NCBI GenBank assembly: GCA_025057985.1
Contig: JANXEV010000001.1
Coordinates: forward strand, 11,131-75,130
Origin: Candidatus Aenigmatarchaeota archaeon
GTDB taxonomy: Archaea; Aenigmatarchaeota; Aenigmatarchaeia; CG10238-14; SpSt-28
Length of the DNA: 64,000 bases
Direction: 5' to 3'
The translations under genes and the position numbers were made by a program. Each line of letters opens with the position of its first letter. The first letter of the stretch is position 1. Shown piece after piece: positions 20,093 to 29,146 of the stretch. Under the pieces are notes generated by a model that searched no databases, was not told the origin of the DNA, and was given only the letters and a program-made list of their open reading frames with translations.

Positions 20093-20194
20093 GACCCGAT
20101 TTCCAAAAATTTTTTTTATCTAGACAGAAACCTGTACATAAAAAGCGACTATGGAGATAGAGAGAAAACGACCTAAACTGGATAAATTAAGTTT

Positions 20195-21958
20195 CTATTT
20201 TACAGTCACAGACTTCGCTAAATTTCTCGGATAGTCTGGATTATATCCTTTTTTGAGAGCCAAGAGATAGGCCAATATCTGAATAGGTATAACCTGCATG
20301 ATCGTTAATTCTTCATTCGCTTCTGGAATTTTTATCCAAATATCAAAAACTTCATCTCTCTCCGGAGAAATACCTATTATAAATCCTCCTCTTGTTTTAA
20401 CTTCGTGAGCGTTTGACAAAATTTCGTCTTTATTCTCCCTATCAACAAAAACTATACAAGGTGTTCCATTTTCTATTAGAGCGAGGGTTCCATGTTTTAA
20501 TTCTCCTCCAGGAAAAGCTTCGGCGTGAATATAGGAAACCTCTTTAATTTTCAACGCTGCCTCTTCAGCGCTTATAAAACTTAAACCCCTACCTATTAGA
20601 AAAACATGATCTTTTTCTTTCAAATAGTCTACAACCTTCTCCATAAACTCTCTTCTACTTCTTCCAAGTAAATCCAAAATTTTTGACTGCAATTCCCTAC
20701 CATCAAAACCTTCTCCCATTATACTCTTGTAAATAAGTAAGAAAATTATCAGCTGAGATGTAAAAGTTTTAGTGGCAGCAACACCTACCTCAAAACCAAC
20801 GTTCATGAGAATGTAGTCATTACTTTCTCTCATAACCGTAGAACCATAAACATTGACTATAGAAAAAATCTTAGCTCCTCTTTTCTTAGCTATCCTTATC
20901 GCTTCTATAACGTCAGCAGTTTCACCGGATTGAGAAACGGCTATGACTAAACTATCTTTATCGATCAACTTTTCAAAATGTTTGAACTCTGAAGCGACGA
21001 TCGGTTTTGAATCTATACCTGCTTTTGTCAAAAGATAAGAACCATAAAGACAAGCGTGATAAGAGCTCCCGGCGCCAACCAAAAATACTTTTTTAGCGCT
21101 TGAAATTTCTTTTGAGAAAACTTCTATTTTACCATTGTTTTTCTCCAAAATTCTATCTATCACCTCACTTTGTTCCATTATTTCTTTAATCATAAAGTGA
21201 TGATACTTTTCTTTACCATCATACTCCAGATTTATATCTATCACTTCAACGGGCCTTTCAACTTTACCCTCTTTTAAATTTTCTATTTTTACCACACCTT
21301 TTCCCACGGTTATAAAATCGTAGTTTTGGAGAAAAATAAACTCCTTAGTGAAAGGTAACAAAGCATAAATGTCGCTTGCGATAAAACTTTCATTTTCTTT
21401 TATACCTACGACTAGAGGGGAATCTTTTCTTATGCCAACTATTTTGTCTTCCCCTGAGGCTAATGCTAGTATGGCAAAGCTTCCTTTTAGCATAGAAAAC
21501 GCTTTTTTACAAGCCTCTTCAAAAGAATTTTCTGTCTTTAAATACTCTTCTATTAAATGAGAAATAACTTCACTATCCGTTTCGCTCTTAAATTGATGCC
21601 CTCTTTTAGACAAAAACTCTTTAATGTCTTGAAAATTTTCTATGATACCATTGTGGACAATTGCAATCTTTCCTTGACAATCTGCATGTGGGTGTGCGTT
21701 TTCGTCTGTTATTTTTCCGTGCGTACCCCAGCGTGTATGTGAAATAACAATAGTAGAATGATCTTCCGATGGGATTAATCTACGACATATGTCTTCTACT
21801 CTTCCCACACACTTTTTTATGACCAAATCTCCCCCTTTTTTATAACCTACACCGACCGAATCATATCCTCTATATTCCAACCTTTTCAATCCAACTAAAG
21901 TAGCATGAATGCCGTTTCCATTACCTACATATCCCATTATTCCACACATTTTACTCAT
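20195..21958 (-). CDS. glmS: glutamine--fructose-6-phosphate aminotransferase (isomerising), GlmS
   Basis: The N-terminal nucleophile MCGI(M/V)GY is followed by a class-II glutaminase domain and two SIS domains. It is 587 aa. Confidence 0.9.
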   Translation of the reverse strand: MSKMCGIMGYVGNGNGIHATLVGLKRLEYRGYDSVGVGYKKGGDLVIKKCVGRVEDICRRLIPSEDHSTIVISHTRWGTHGKITDENAHPHADCQGKIAIVHNGIIENFQDIKEFLSKRGHQFKSETDSEVISHLIEEYLKTENSFEEACKKAFSMLKGSFAILALASGEDKIVGIRKDSPLVVGIKENESFIASDIYALLPFTKEFIFLQNYDFITVGKGVVKIENLKEGKVERPVEVIDINLEYDGKEKYHHFMIKEIMEQSEVIDRILEKNNGKIEVFSKEISSAKKVFLVGAGSSYHACLYGSYLLTKAGIDSKPIVASEFKHFEKLIDKDSLVIAVSQSGETADVIEAIRIAKKRGAKIFSIVNVYGSTVMRESNDYILMNVGFEVGVAATKTFTSQLIIFLLIYKSIMGEGFDGRELQSKILDLLGRSRREFMEKVVDYLKEKDHVFLIGRGLSFISAEEAALKIKEVSYIHAEAFPGGELKHGTLALIENGTPCIVFVDRENKDEILSNAHEVKTRGGFIIGISPERDEVFDIWIKIPEANEELTIMQVIPIQILAYLLALKKGYNPDYPRNLAKSVTVK

Positions 21959-22218
21959 CCATGAACGGATTCATTGTGAAGCTAAAAACAAAATTACATT
22001 TCCTACACTCGTAAACTCTGGGAAAGGTTGTTGATATTCCTATCGTTAATGATGAATCACATTTTGGGCAATTCATAAATGATTTGAACCTGTAGGATTT
22101 ATAAATCATTATTAAATTTTTGTATTTGTTACGACTAAAAAGAAAAAATAGAAAGGAAAAATTTTATTCGAAAACTTATAAAAAAATTTTTTTAATATTA
22201 AAAAATATTTTATAATAC

Positions 22219-23133
22219 ATGGAGTATTTCGTAAAAGAAGAAGACGGAAAACAAAAAGTTTTTAAATCGAAAGAAATAGAACCTAGAAAAATGAACATCT
22301 TCGGTAGTGATCTTGTTTTCGAAATCATAAAAATACTGTCGAAAAAACCGGCGTGCGCGATGGATATAGCACGGGAGTTAGGTCAGCACGAACAAAAAAT
22401 CTACTATCATCTAAGAAAATTGGAAACTGCTGGAGTGATTCAGAAGTTAAGAGAAGAAATTAGGTCTGGGGCGTTGACAAAAATATACCACATACCTTAC
22501 TCCTATGTTAGTATAAAAATAGCAGATAGTCCTCCTTTAGAGTTAGATATAAAAACAAGAGAGCTCGAGATTCTCAACCCTTTCATTAAAGATGGCGAAT
22601 TAAACTCGATAATCGTCGTTAGTTCACCTGACCCTCATGGTAGATTCGGCGCACAATCGTCAGATGGTTATGCCGCTATAGACTTGGCACTTTTTCTTGG
22701 TTCTTTTCTAAAAAACCCGACCCTAAATTATAGGTTAGATACTCAAATAAGAGAGGAAGACTTAGAGAAAAATTTGATACTGTTAGGTGGACCGAAAGCG
22801 AATATATTAGTGGATAGGATCAATCACGAACTCCCGATTTATTTTGATGAAAAAAATGAATGGCAAATCGTTTCAAAACTAACAAAGAACATTTATAAAG
22901 ACGATGACGTTGGGATAGTTGTAAAAATGAGAAACCCTTTTAACTCGAAAGCTTGGGTTTTAGTTCTAGGTGGGAAAAGATTTAAAGGTACAAGAGCTTC
23001 GACGATAGCGATAATAAAATATTGTAATGAGTTGGAAAAAAACAACAAGTTTAAACATGGAATAGCAAGAATAGTCAGAGGTGTGGATAAAGATTCAGAT
23101 GGGATAATAGATGATGTGGTTTTCGTAGAATAG
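22219..23133 (+). CDS. winged-helix (ArsR/TrmB-like) DNA-binding domain fused to an uncharacterised about 200-aa alpha/beta domain; putative transcriptional regulator
   Basis: An N-terminal wHTH (LVFEIIKILSKKPACAMDIARELGQHEQKIYYHLRKLETAGVIQ) is present. The C-terminal region has repeated hydrophobic-strand-GG motifs (IIVVSSPDPHG, LILLGGPKAN, VLVLGGKRFKGT) of unknown family. Confidence 0.45.
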   Translation: MEYFVKEEDGKQKVFKSKEIEPRKMNIFGSDLVFEIIKILSKKPACAMDIARELGQHEQKIYYHLRKLETAGVIQKLREEIRSGALTKIYHIPYSYVSIKIADSPPLELDIKTRELEILNPFIKDGELNSIIVVSSPDPHGRFGAQSSDGYAAIDLALFLGSFLKNPTLNYRLDTQIREEDLEKNLILLGGPKANILVDRINHELPIYFDEKNEWQIVSKLTKNIYKDDDVGIVVKMRNPFNSKAWVLVLGGKRFKGTRASTIAIIKYCNELEKNNKFKHGIARIVRGVDKDSDGIIDDVVFVE

Positions 23134-23145
23134 TCTTTAAAGATT

Positions 23146-24750
23146 CTACCTTTTACTAAAATTATAAGCTACAAAAAGTAGAAATACAAACAACAGAATA
23201 AGAAAAACAGTCACTAAATCGATTTTTAAAACATCTGGTTCTCTATAAATCTCACGAGAAAATGAGTATGTTATCGTTTTCGCCTGATTTTCAACTTTTC
23301 TACAAAATCCTTCTTGACATATATAACCTGCTCTACATTCACTGTAACAAAAACCATCCTCTACCCATCTTTCACCGACAACCTTATAACTCTTACACTT
23401 ACTTAGGTCCTCTACTAGAGCGTTACCATAATCCCTATACTCTTCTCTCCTCAAATTTATTCCACTTCCGCACTCGAAATTTCCGATTTCACAACGAGTT
23501 AGAGTAGTATAGTACCATCCATTTAATGAATTGCAATTGAATTTCCTTATTATTCTTTCTAAATAAACAACTCTATTTATTTCTTCCAAAAATCTAGAGC
23601 AGGTTACCGTAAAAGTTTTTGTATAATAATTTTTTGCATCAACAGAAAAAATGTAACTTCCTTCTTCGATATAAAAACTAGTTGAACCGTCAAAACCAGT
23701 TTCAAAACATTTACCTTCGTAGCAAATTTTCGCATTACTTATAGGAGAATTATTTTGAACGTCTCTAACATTTATCGTAGCTTTACATTTTGTTTTTTGT
23801 ACCGGTGAAACAATAGGTCGACAAAAGCCACTCACACACTCGTATCCATACTCACAACCTTTATAACACTCTCCTGCACTTTTCCATCTCGTATTTATAA
23901 TTTTATATCCACAATCTGAAGCTGAAGTGGGTCGATCGACAATCGGATAATAGTCTCTGTACTCTTCTTTAATTTCTCTGACACCATAACCACATTGAAA
24001 AGAATTTAAATTACATCTTTCCCTTCCTGTGAGATACCATCCGTCTTTTTCTGTTGGTGTAGTTGGTAATTGTTGTGATGGTTGAGAAGGCGTTTCACAC
24101 TCACCGATGCTAATCCATCTTGACTGTGTAACTGTATATGTGCAAGTAGCGCCGAAACAGGTGTAGTCTCTGTACTCTTGTTTTTTTTCTAAAACCCCAT
24201 TATTACATCTTGTCGTTGATGTATCGTACCATCCGTCTTTTTCTAAAACACATCTACCTTCTTTACAAATCTGTCCTGTAGGACAAGTCTCTGTAAAAAC
24301 CTTCCACTCTCCGCCATCTTCACTACATTTTTCATAAAAAATTATATTATCGCTTTGACATATTCTATTTCTTATGATGCCAGGTTGACATATCCTAATT
24401 TTATTCAAACATTCAGAAATTGTATCCGTCTGGCCGCATCTTAACTGCACATTATTTATATTTTTAGTTTCATAACCACTTTTAGTTATTATTATAGAAT
24501 ATTTTCCTATTGGTAAGTTGTAAAAATTAACATACCCGTCTGAGTTCGTGAACCCTGTGTAAGTCTTTGGTGGATCTGTATTAGATATAACTTCTATTTT
24601 TACACTTGCTAAAGGTGAATTGGTATAACAGTCTTTAATGTTAATTACCAAGTTTCCGTATTGTTGTTGTGCATATGTTTCTCTAACCAAAAATAAAAAA
24701 AATACCACTAACACCATCGATGAAAACCTTATCAAATTTTCTCTACTCAT
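23146..24750 (-). CDS. secreted, C-terminally membrane-anchored cysteine-rich repeat protein with carboxypeptidase-regulatory-like (Cna-B/PEGA-type) beta-sandwich domains
   Basis: It has a signal peptide and two beta-sandwich segments (e.g. VKIEVISNTDPPKTYTGFTNSDGYVNFYNLPIGKYSIIITKSGYETK). Three internal Cys-rich repeats of about 50 aa (DGWY..C..G..E.KEEYRDY) follow, then a C-terminal TM helix and a short basic tail. Confidence 0.5.
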   Translation of the reverse strand: MSRENLIRFSSMVLVVFFLFLVRETYAQQQYGNLVINIKDCYTNSPLASVKIEVISNTDPPKTYTGFTNSDGYVNFYNLPIGKYSIIITKSGYETKNINNVQLRCGQTDTISECLNKIRICQPGIIRNRICQSDNIIFYEKCSEDGGEWKVFTETCPTGQICKEGRCVLEKDGWYDTSTTRCNNGVLEKKQEYRDYTCFGATCTYTVTQSRWISIGECETPSQPSQQLPTTPTEKDGWYLTGRERCNLNSFQCGYGVREIKEEYRDYYPIVDRPTSASDCGYKIINTRWKSAGECYKGCEYGYECVSGFCRPIVSPVQKTKCKATINVRDVQNNSPISNAKICYEGKCFETGFDGSTSFYIEEGSYIFSVDAKNYYTKTFTVTCSRFLEEINRVVYLERIIRKFNCNSLNGWYYTTLTRCEIGNFECGSGINLRREEYRDYGNALVEDLSKCKSYKVVGERWVEDGFCYSECRAGYICQEGFCRKVENQAKTITYSFSREIYREPDVLKIDLVTVFLILLFVFLLFVAYNFSKR

Positions 24751-24837
24751 AAATAGTAAAGCGAAGTAAAAGTATTTAACAGTTTCTATGCCAAAAAATT
24801 TTCATATAACACTACAATTTTTATATGAAAACTGTTA

Positions 24838-24912
24838 GCCCCCGTAGCTCAGCTTGGATAGAGCGGCACCCTCCTAAGGTGACGGTCGCGGGTTCAAATC
24901 CCGCCGGGGGCG
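24838..24912 (+). tRNA. tRNA-Arg (anticodon CCU)
   Basis: Cloverleaf folds by hand: acceptor GCCCCCG/CGGGGGC, D-arm GCTC-AGCTTGGAT-AGAGC, anticodon loop CUCCUAA, T-arm GCGGG-TTCAAAT-CCCGC, discriminator G. Confidence 0.8.
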
Positions 24913-25092
24913 AGTAAAAAGAGTAGGAAAAGATCAAAGAGTACGAGAATCTTAGAGTAAAAAGAAAAGAGCGATGTAGAAAATTATTTTTTTCCTCTTT
25001 TTGCTTTCTTCTTTCTACCAAAAATGTTTCTAATTTTTTGTATAAACCCTTTACACATACTATTATTTTATTATGAAAATTTTTTAAATTTT

Positions 25093-26835
25093 ATGACCGA
25101 GGCTATAAGAAGTCCAATTGTAATAACTGTTGGTCATGTAGACCATGGTAAAACAACCTTACTAGACTCTATTAGGGGAACTTGTGTTACCAAACTTGAA
25201 CCTGGAGAGTTAACGCAACACGTTGGTGCCAGTTTCATACCAACACGGGTTATTCAAAATTTGTGTAGAGATTTTTTAGAAAAAATGAAGATTAAAATAG
25301 AAATACCTGGTCTACTTTTTATCGACACACCTGGACATGCCGCGTTTATTAGTATGAGAGAAAAGGGTAGTTCGATCGCAGATTTGGCTGTTTTAGTAGT
25401 AGATGTGAATGAAGGGTTTCAAGAACAAACACATGAAAGTTTAAAGATACTTAGAGAATATAAAGTTCCTTTTGTCGTTGCTGCAACAAAAATAGATAAG
25501 GTAGCAGGATGGAGAGCACAAAAAACAACTTCTTTTCTAGAATCGATAAAGCATCAAGATGAAAAAATGGTGAGAGAGCTGGATCTTAAGATATACAAGA
25601 TAGTATCTACTTTATCAGAGTACGGTTTTGACAGCGATAGATTCGATCGAATCGAAGATTTTACAAAAAAAATTGCGATTGTACCTGTTAGTTCAATAAC
25701 TAAAGAAGGTTTAGCCGAGTTGATCTCGATTTTAAGCGGTCTTGCACAAAAATTTTTAAGAAAAAGGTTGAAACTAACTGAAAGCGCAAAAGGTATAATC
25801 TTAGAGGTAAAGGAAGTTGAGGGTTTAGGGACAACTTTGGACGTTATTTTATATGACGGGAAGATCTCAAAAAACGATATAATAGTTATAGGAGGTAAAG
25901 AACCGATCGTTGGTAGAATTAGGGCTTTGCTCGTTCCTAGACCTTTACAAGAAATGAGAGTAGAAAAAAAATTTGAAAGTATAAACGAGGTCTATGCGGC
26001 ATGTGGTGTTAAAATAGTAGTACCGAATGTAGAGAATGTTATCGCAGGTATGCCGATAAGGGTGGTTAAAAACGAAAAAGAGTTAGAAAAAGTTATAATG
26101 GACGTGAAAATGGAAAAGTACGTTGAATTTGACAAAGATCCAAATGGTGTTATAGTTAAGGCCGATACGATCGGCAGTTTAGAGGCTATGATAAAACTTT
26201 TGAAAGACGAAGGTATAGGTGTTAGAAAGGCTGACATAGGAAAAATTACTAGAGAGGATCTGATCGAAGGTGAACTGATTCAAGACAAATATAGAAAAGT
26301 AATACTGGCTTTTAATGTGAAAGTTAGTGAAGAAGATATAAAAGAGGCTAAAAATTTTGGGTTGAGGTTAATCCATTCAAACGTTATATATAGAATAATC
26401 GAAGAGTATAAAAAGTGGGTAGAGGAAGAGAAGAAGAAGGATGTTGAAGAAAAATTAAAAACTCTACCGAGGCCAGTGGTTTTAAAAGTCATACCTAACG
26501 CGATTTTTAGACAAAGCAAACCAGCAATTTTTGGGGTGGATGTAATCGCTGGGGTCCTTAAGCCAAACATTTTACTGAAGAAAAAGGACGGAAAAATAGT
26601 AGGCAGGGTGAAAGAAATTCAGAGTGAAGGTAGGAGAATAGACCAAGCTAGAAAAGGGGAGAGGGTGGCGATAAGTATAGAAGAAGCTGTTATAGGAAAG
26701 AACGTTTTCGAAAACGATATATTAGAAAGTCATCTATCTGATCAGGAGATAGAAGAGTTGTGGAAAATAATAGATTATCTAAGTGATGATGAAAAAGAAC
26801 TGATGAAAAAATCGAATAATTTAAAAAATCTTTAA
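25093..26835 (+). CDS. infB: translation initiation factor aIF5B (IF2 homologue)
   Basis: G1 motif VGHVDHGKTTLLD, G3 DTPGH and G4 TKID are present. The start is placed at MTEAIRSPIV, because the ORF-track start 23 codons upstream is hydrophobic and non-homologous. No intein is present. Confidence 0.85.
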   Translation: MTEAIRSPIVITVGHVDHGKTTLLDSIRGTCVTKLEPGELTQHVGASFIPTRVIQNLCRDFLEKMKIKIEIPGLLFIDTPGHAAFISMREKGSSIADLAVLVVDVNEGFQEQTHESLKILREYKVPFVVAATKIDKVAGWRAQKTTSFLESIKHQDEKMVRELDLKIYKIVSTLSEYGFDSDRFDRIEDFTKKIAIVPVSSITKEGLAELISILSGLAQKFLRKRLKLTESAKGIILEVKEVEGLGTTLDVILYDGKISKNDIIVIGGKEPIVGRIRALLVPRPLQEMRVEKKFESINEVYAACGVKIVVPNVENVIAGMPIRVVKNEKELEKVIMDVKMEKYVEFDKDPNGVIVKADTIGSLEAMIKLLKDEGIGVRKADIGKITREDLIEGELIQDKYRKVILAFNVKVSEEDIKEAKNFGLRLIHSNVIYRIIEEYKKWVEEEKKKDVEEKLKTLPRPVVLKVIPNAIFRQSKPAIFGVDVIAGVLKPNILLKKKDGKIVGRVKEIQSEGRRIDQARKGERVAISIEEAVIGKNVFENDILESHLSDQEIEELWKIIDYLSDDEKELMKKSNNLKNL

Positions 26836-26888
26836 AAGTCTCTTCGTCAAAAATCTACTATTTGGTCAAGCCACTGATTTTTTTAATT

Positions 26889-27317
26889 TTATGGTCTACA
26901 ACCTGATCTAGAGCAGCCACCACTAGTTATTCCACCACCAACACACGTTGCTGAGGCTGAAATTTGTATGTTACTGTAGTCTGGCAAACATCCCGATAAT
27001 GTAATGGTTGTTACGTTAATTGATCCTGGTGTTATTGAACCTATTAAAATTGTTCCTATATTTCCACCACAAATTACATTTAAGGTCACATTCTGCAAAG
27101 CTAAATTACCTCTGTTTATAGATGAAATCACTATACTTGAATCACTGATCATCGGAACTGTCACGTCTAACATTCCTGTGGCACAGGCGGTCGCCGTACC
27201 CACACCTGCTGTTGTCGTTCTAGTGTATGTTAAAAACCAAGCAGAGATTATCGCACCTACTGCAACTGTGAAACCTATTAAGAGAACTGTCGCCACAAAG
27301 GTGCTTATTCCTTTCAT
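26889..27317 (-). CDS. archaeal type IV pilin-like protein (class III signal peptide)
   Basis: The N-terminus MKG|ISTFVATVLLIGFTVAVGAI is typical of the PibD/FlaK-processed archaeal prepilin signal. The mature part is Gly/Thr/Ser/Cys-rich. Confidence 0.5.
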   Translation of the reverse strand: MKGISTFVATVLLIGFTVAVGAIISAWFLTYTRTTTAGVGTATACATGMLDVTVPMISDSSIVISSINRGNLALQNVTLNVICGGNIGTILIGSITPGSINVTTITLSGCLPDYSNIQISASATCVGGGITSGGCSRSGCRP

Positions 27318-27390
27318 CGATCACTCACCTAAACCTAATTTATTTTCATTTTTTAAATAGTTTAAAAAGTTAAAGAAAATAATAAAATCT

Positions 27391-27636
27391 ATGACGGAAG
27401 AAGTTTTGAGCATAAACATGAGGAAAATTTTGGTAGAAAAAACAAGATGGAGAAGGGGTAAACTAGTAATGCCTACTTTAAAAAATATTCTAAAAAGGAA
27501 GCTAAAAACGGAAAAGATAAAAATATCGCCAAAGTTAAATGAAATGGTTTGGAAAAGGAGTATGAAAAATCCTGTGGTTAAATTTAAGGTAAAAATCGTT
27601 AAAGACGGTGAGTTTTACAAAATAGAGCCGATATAA
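27391..27636 (+). CDS. ribosomal protein L31e (eL31)
   Basis: LVEKTRWRRGKLVMPTLKNILKRKLKTEKIKISPKLNEMVWKRSMKNPVVKFKV matches the eL31 pattern (R..RA.KA...R.F...H......V.I...LN..IW..G...P...RVR). It is followed by aIF6, as in the conserved archaeal cluster. Confidence 0.75.
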   Translation: MTEEVLSINMRKILVEKTRWRRGKLVMPTLKNILKRKLKTEKIKISPKLNEMVWKRSMKNPVVKFKVKIVKDGEFYKIEPI

Positions 27637-27659
27637 ACTTAAAAATCAAACTTCTAAAA

Positions 27660-28310
27660 ATGATAAAACTCAAAGACTATTATGGAGATGTAAACGTAGG
27701 GTTTTATGGATTAGCTACGGATAGGTATTTTATCTCTTCTTTTGAAGAAGATTTCTCAGAGATTTTTAAAGTCCCTGCTATCAAGCTCTCGATAGCGGAA
27801 TCTGAGTTGGTTGGGCTTTTTTCAGCTGGAAATTCCAACGGAATAGTGCTCCCAAAAATAGTAGAAAAAGGTGAGGTAGAAAAGATAAAGGAAACTGGTA
27901 TTAATGTTCTGATTTTAAAGGAAAAGTTTACAGCGGTTGGTAATTTAATTTGTGTGAACGACAAAGGAGCTTTGGTAAGTGACCTTATTTCTAAGAAGAG
28001 TTTAAAAGAAATAAGTGAGTGTTTATGTGTTGAGGTTGTGCAAACGAAAATAGCAAACATCAGGCTTGTTGGTAGCGTTTGTTTTACAACGAATAGAGGA
28101 ACTTTGATCCATAGGGATGCCAATGAGGAAGAAATAGATTTGGTTAGAAGTGTTTTAAAGACAGAGATAGAGAGATCTAGTATAAACTTTGGATCTCCAT
28201 TTGTAAAAAGTGGGATCATTGCAAATTCTCATGGAGCTTTGATTGGAAGTAAAACATCTGGTCATGAATTGGATATAATACTCAGAACTTTAAAATTAAG
28301 TGTAAAATAA
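27660..28310 (+). CDS. translation initiation factor 6 (aIF6/eIF6)
   Basis: It is 216 aa with the pentameric repeat architecture and an N-terminus (DYYGDVNVGFYGLATDRYFI) typical of eIF6. Confidence 0.85.
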   Translation: MIKLKDYYGDVNVGFYGLATDRYFISSFEEDFSEIFKVPAIKLSIAESELVGLFSAGNSNGIVLPKIVEKGEVEKIKETGINVLILKEKFTAVGNLICVNDKGALVSDLISKKSLKEISECLCVEVVQTKIANIRLVGSVCFTTNRGTLIHRDANEEEIDLVRSVLKTEIERSSINFGSPFVKSGIIANSHGALIGSKTSGHELDIILRTLKLSVK

Positions 28311-28319
28311 TAAATTTAT

Positions 28320-28412
28320 GCCCTGGTAGCTCAACGGGTAGAGCATCCGCCTTGTAATAACCATACGAAACGAGAAAGCGGAGGGTTGAGGGTTCGAATC
28401 CCTCCCAGGGCT
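28320..28412 (+). tRNA. tRNA-Thr (anticodon UGU) with a ~20-nt intron at the canonical 37/38 position
   Basis: Acceptor GCCCTGG/CCAGGGC, D-arm GCTC-AACGGGT-AGAGC, anticodon stem TCCGC/GCGGA, loop CUUGUA + intron ATAACCATACGAAACGAGAA + A, T-arm GAGGG-TTCGAAT-CCCTC. Confidence 0.7.
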
Positions 28413-28427
28413 AAAATATTTCTAGTA

Positions 28428-29117
28428 TCACTTCACCAAATTCAATTTTCTTAAACCTTCAACTATTTTTTCTACCACTTGTTCCGGCGGCCTACTCATC
28501 CATATTTCGATAAAAGGTGGTTTTTTCTTTTTTAAGTAATAATCTATCACCGGTTTGGTTTGTTCCTCATAAACCTTAAGTCTATCCATAATAACAGATG
28601 GTTTATCATCGTCTCTTTGTATAAGCGGTGAGCCACATTTATCACACTTCATATCGTTTTTAGGTAGAAGTGGTGGTAATATATACTCGACTCCATCTAT
28701 TACTTTGCGTATGTCTGCCACATTATAATTTCCGTCACACTTCGGGTTCGAGCATATTCTCCTGGCTGAAATCTTTTCTACCAAGATTTCTGGATGGGCG
28801 TTTATTTTTATAATCGCGTCTATGTTTACCATACTATCTAAGGCTTTGGCTTGGTCTACAGTTCTAGGAAACCCGTCCAAAATGAATTTTTCCAAATTTT
28901 TTATTTTTTCTATAACGACTTCTATAACTATATCGTCAGGAACTAACTTCCCCTCTCTCAAATACTTTTCAACTTTTTTCCCTAACTCGCTACCTTTCTT
29001 TATCTCTTCCCGAAAGATATCCCCTGTGGAAATTTTTTCTAGACCAAATTTTTCCTTAAGTTTAGAAGAATAAGTCCCTTTACCAGAACCAGGAGGCCCA
29101 AAAATTATCAACTTCAT
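28428..29117 (-). CDS. adk: adenylate kinase, long bacterial/eukaryal type with zinc-binding LID (C-x2-C ... C-x2-C)
   Basis: A P-loop GPPGSGKGT, an NMP-binding GDIFR segment and a LID domain with CSNPKC...CDKCG are present. This is not the archaeal AdkA type. Confidence 0.85.
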   Translation of the reverse strand: MKLIIFGPPGSGKGTYSSKLKEKFGLEKISTGDIFREEIKKGSELGKKVEKYLREGKLVPDDIVIEVVIEKIKNLEKFILDGFPRTVDQAKALDSMVNIDAIIKINAHPEILVEKISARRICSNPKCDGNYNVADIRKVIDGVEYILPPLLPKNDMKCDKCGSPLIQRDDDKPSVIMDRLKVYEEQTKPVIDYYLKKKKPPFIEIWMSRPPEQVVEKIVEGLRKLNLVK

Positions 29118-29146
29118 TCATTTCATTAAAACCTAAATTTAAAAAT

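Noticed and set aside
24821-25021. 66-aa ORF on the minus strand
   Set aside because: It is read across the tRNA-Arg(CCU) gene, which has a compelling cloverleaf. The ORF is low-complexity and has no start context.
25024-26835. Inteins in aIF5B, topoisomerase VI, the thermosome or DNA ligase, which are common intein hosts
   Set aside because: All are of canonical length with contiguous motifs. No Hint/LAGLIDADG blocks interrupt the P-loop or other motifs.
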